Positions 61,380-64,000 of a stretch of DNA of 64,000 nucleotides are shown piece by piece (positions within the stretch are counted from its first letter, which is position 1; each line of letters opens with the position of its first letter). Made by a program: the position numbers and the translations under genes. Location of the stretch: assembly GCA_963667015.2 (NCBI GenBank), contig CAXXJJ010000001.1, positions 896,001 to 960,000 of the forward strand, read 5' to 3'. Below the pieces are notes generated by a model. That model saw only the letters and a list, made by a program, of their open reading frames with translations. It ran no database searches and was not told where the DNA came from. Origin of the DNA: Desulfatiglandales bacterium (GTDB taxonomy: Bacteria > Desulfobacterota > DSM-4660 > Desulfatiglandales > HGW-15).

Positions 61380-62642
61380 ATGAAAAATAAAATAATCATA
61401 TCAATTATCGGATTAATGTTGTTGGCTTCTCATCAATTATTTGCAGCGCATGAAACAGTTTTCACTCCTTCTGTTTCAATAAGCGAGACCTATGATGATA
61501 ATATTGATCTGGACAACACCGATGAAATAAGCGACTGGATGACAGCACTTACCCTGGGACTAAACCTTAATATTTCTTCTCAAAAAAATAGTTTTATTCT
61601 TAATTATTCTCCATCCTTTGTCCGATACAAAGATAGAGATGAAAATGATACTACACGGCATGCGTTGTCTTTTTCATCTAACATGGCAGTTTCTCAGCAT
61701 TTTGATTTCATTATATCTGATACGTACCTCAAGTCGGATGATCCGCTCGAGGATACAGCGGATATTATTGGTGTGAGAAATACACGGAACACCTATCAGC
61801 GTAACAGCGGGGATGCAAATATTCGATTTACTTTCGGACCTTCAAATTTGTTTATCCTGGGTTACAGGCACTCGTGGCTTGAAAATGATGATGTGACCAT
61901 TGATGATGGTACTATAGCAGATCCCTATGCAAGTTACTCGTACTGGTTTAACGTTAAGCATGGTATTGAGCTTAATGGCGGTTATACAGAAGCGGATTTT
62001 TCAAGGGATGACAATACCCCTCCGGAAGATGATTACTCAGGCTTTACAGAAGGAATAGGGTATAGATATCGTCCTGATACCCGTTCAACTGTTTCCGTGG
62101 ATTTTGATTTTACCAGTAGGGATTTCGAAGGCGATACAACAGATTATGAAGTTTATGAAGGCACGGTTGGTTATGCAAAGAACATTTCGGAAAATATATC
62201 ATACAATATTTCTGCCGGTTATTTCATTCGGCAGAATGACCTGGACGAGGATGACGGCGGGTTTAATGCAGATATCTCACTGACAAAAGATATTAATAGA
62301 GGCTCATTCACCTTCAGCGGCAGAAGCGGATGGGGTGAGGCATACCTGGAATCGGAAAGAAGGGGATTTACTAAATTTCAGAGTGTAACCTCGGCTTTTA
62401 ATTACCAGGTAACAGAAAACCTCAGTAATAATGTATCTCTCACATACAGACAGGATAAGGATGAATCATCAAGAAAATCAAAATCATTAAGGGCAGGTTA
62501 TGGATGGAGCTGGTCATTCTTAAGATACTATTCAATGTCGCTTAATTATACCTGTGCCGTAAGGGATGATGATATGGATGCGGATGATTATCTGGTTAAT
62601 AGAGTGATGTTCAGCCTGAGATGGAGTAAACCTTATAGGTAG
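61380..62642 (+). CDS. Outer-membrane beta-barrel protein (exopolysaccharide-associated)
   Basis: Signal peptide, TPSVSISETYDDNI, alternating aromatic beta strands, between Wza-like and Wzc-like genes. Confidence 0.85.
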   Translation: MKNKIIISIIGLMLLASHQLFAAHETVFTPSVSISETYDDNIDLDNTDEISDWMTALTLGLNLNISSQKNSFILNYSPSFVRYKDRDENDTTRHALSFSSNMAVSQHFDFIISDTYLKSDDPLEDTADIIGVRNTRNTYQRNSGDANIRFTFGPSNLFILGYRHSWLENDDVTIDDGTIADPYASYSYWFNVKHGIELNGGYTEADFSRDDNTPPEDDYSGFTEGIGYRYRPDTRSTVSVDFDFTSRDFEGDTTDYEVYEGTVGYAKNISENISYNISAGYFIRQNDLDEDDGGFNADISLTKDINRGSFTFSGRSGWGEAYLESERRGFTKFQSVTSAFNYQVTENLSNNVSLTYRQDKDESSRKSKSLRAGYGWSWSFLRYYSMSLNYTCAVRDDDMDADDYLVNRVMFSLRWSKPYR

Positions 62643-62765
62643 GCTAAAAGCAGATAGGTAGGCTAAAAGCAGAGAGCATAGCGCAGAGCGCAGAGCGCAA
62701 AGAGTAAAAGTAAAAAGCTTTCAAATCAATTCGATCCCTATGCACTATGCGCCATGCGCTTTGCT
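62635..62765. repeat. 19-bp tandem duplication plus family C 7-bp-periodic inverted repeat
   Basis: ATAGGTAGGCTAAAAGCAG twice; GCAGAGAGCATAGCGCAGAGCGCAGAGCGCAAAG ... CCCTATGCACTATGCGCCATGCGCTTTGCT. Confidence 0.75.
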
Positions 62766-62780
62766 ATTTAAAAGGTAGTT

Positions 62781-64000
62781 ATGGAAAATTTCGACTTATC
62801 AAAATATATAAATATAGCCTTAAGGCGCAAATACTGGATTATCATTTCTTTCCTGCTTGTTTTATTAGCCGGCTTAACCTATCTGCTAAAAGCCCCCAAA
62901 ATATATGAGTCAAAAACCCTGATTCTGGTTCAGGAGCAAAAGGTGCCACAGGAGTTTGTACGTTCGATTGTATCGAGCGATGCAGAGGATCGTCTGCGCA
63001 CGATTACCCAGCAGGTAACGAGCAGGACAAATCTTGAAAAGATAATCTCGGAAAATAAGCTTTATAATGAAGAAACGGAAATGCTGCTTGAAGAGAAGGT
63101 GGCTCTTCTTAGTAAGAATGTCAATATTGATGTCGCCAGAGGCGGTAGAGGGGGCGGAAGCGCTTTCTCCATATCCTTTCAGGGAAAAGAACCAAGAAAA
63201 GTCATGCAGGTTACAAATGACCTGGCCTATAACTTTATCGATGCTAACATAAAAATCAGAGAAACCCAGGCAATGGGGACATCGGAGTTTTTAGCTGATG
63301 AGTTGAAAGATGTCAGACAGCGACTTCAGGAAAAGGAAGAGTTGCTAAAAGATTATAAAGAAAAACACAGAGGAGGGCTTCCGGAACAACTCCAAACCAA
63401 CCTGAGTATACTTGGGAGGCTGCAGGCTCAACTGGAACAGTTAAACAGTAATCTCAGGGATGCTGAAAATAGAAAATTAATTTTACAGCAGGGAATTTCA
63501 TCAAATATTTCAGGAGAGCCGGGTGTATCCGGTTCCGCTTTTAGTTCTCCATTGACTGAATTGGAAAGATTAAAAAACGAGCTTGAAGCATTGTCTTCAA
63601 AATATACAGAAAAACATCCTGATATTATAAGCCTTAAAAAACGTATTGCCGCTCTCGAGGCATCAGGAGAGGCGGTTCAGGAAACAGAGCCTGACCAAGG
63701 CACAAACGAACAGATAAATGAGCCGGTAACTGTTAATCAGGCATTAAGGCTGCAATTGAAAAATATTGATCTGGAAATTGCAGGAATCAGGGAAGAGATC
63801 AATGAGGTCAATAAAAAAATAAATTATTATGACAGGATGGTGGCGGAAACACCAAAAAGAGAACAGGAATTACTGTCTTTAAACAGGGATTATGCCAGCC
63901 TTAATGAACAATATCAGTCCATGCTTGACAGACAATGGGACGCTGAAATATCCGTAAGCATGGAGCGAAAACAAAAAGGTGAACAGTTCAAGGTTATTGA
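62781..64000 (+). CDS. Polysaccharide co-polymerase / chain-length determinant (GumC/Wzc-like), cut by the window end
   Basis: Not in the ORF track. Reads MENFDLSKYINIALRRKYWIIISFLLV...PKIYESKTLILV, later YTEKHPDI, and ends MERKQKGEQFKVI at the window edge. Confidence 0.88.
   Translation, partial: MENFDLSKYINIALRRKYWIIISFLLVLLAGLTYLLKAPKIYESKTLILVQEQKVPQEFVRSIVSSDAEDRLRTITQQVTSRTNLEKIISENKLYNEETEMLLEEKVALLSKNVNIDVARGGRGGGSAFSISFQGKEPRKVMQVTNDLAYNFIDANIKIRETQAMGTSEFLADELKDVRQRLQEKEELLKDYKEKHRGGLPEQLQTNLSILGRLQAQLEQLNSNLRDAENRKLILQQGISSNISGEPGVSGSAFSSPLTELERLKNELEALSSKYTEKHPDIISLKKRIAALEASGEAVQETEPDQGTNEQINEPVTVNQALRLQLKNIDLEIAGIREEINEVNKKINYYDRMVAETPKREQELLSLNRDYASLNEQYQSMLDRQWDAEISVSMERKQKGEQFKVI

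Overview
Bacterial chromosomal window, most likely from a Desulfobacterota/deltaproteobacterial anaerobe (inferred from gene content). In order it holds: (1) 1-14.6 kb, the end of an AT-rich surface-polysaccharide cluster (GH-like protein, kinases, GT4, methyltransferase, sugar transferase, aldo/keto reductase, orphan ThDP E1 alpha/beta, YjbH, CapD/PglF-type dehydratase); (2) a PIN/RHH toxin-antitoxin pair, a RAYT-type HUH transposase and an M16C protease; (3) divergent trpEGDCFBA and aroK-aroC-pheA-aroF-pheA-aroD-aroE-aroA-mscS operons, with mscS split by a complete IS630; (4) lysE-family gene, ccsA carrying an internal DUF805-like insertion, resB, serS, glmS and hydrolases; (5) a PEP-CTERM/exopolysaccharide region (TPR lipoprotein, FHA hybrid kinase, two sigma54 activators, PEP-CTERM protein, Wza-like protein, beta-barrel, Wzc-like protein cut by the window end). 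Two things the ORF track does not show stand out. First, the trp/aro control region has back-to-back ribosome attenuators: a Trp-Trp-Trp leader and a six-Phe leader, each with terminator and antiterminator. Second, many families of periodic inverted repeats, REPs and MITE-like elements sit just after stop codons, nest inside each other and bracket single genes or a TA module. No rRNA, tRNA or CRISPR was seen. All protein calls come from motif recognition by eye, not from database searches.
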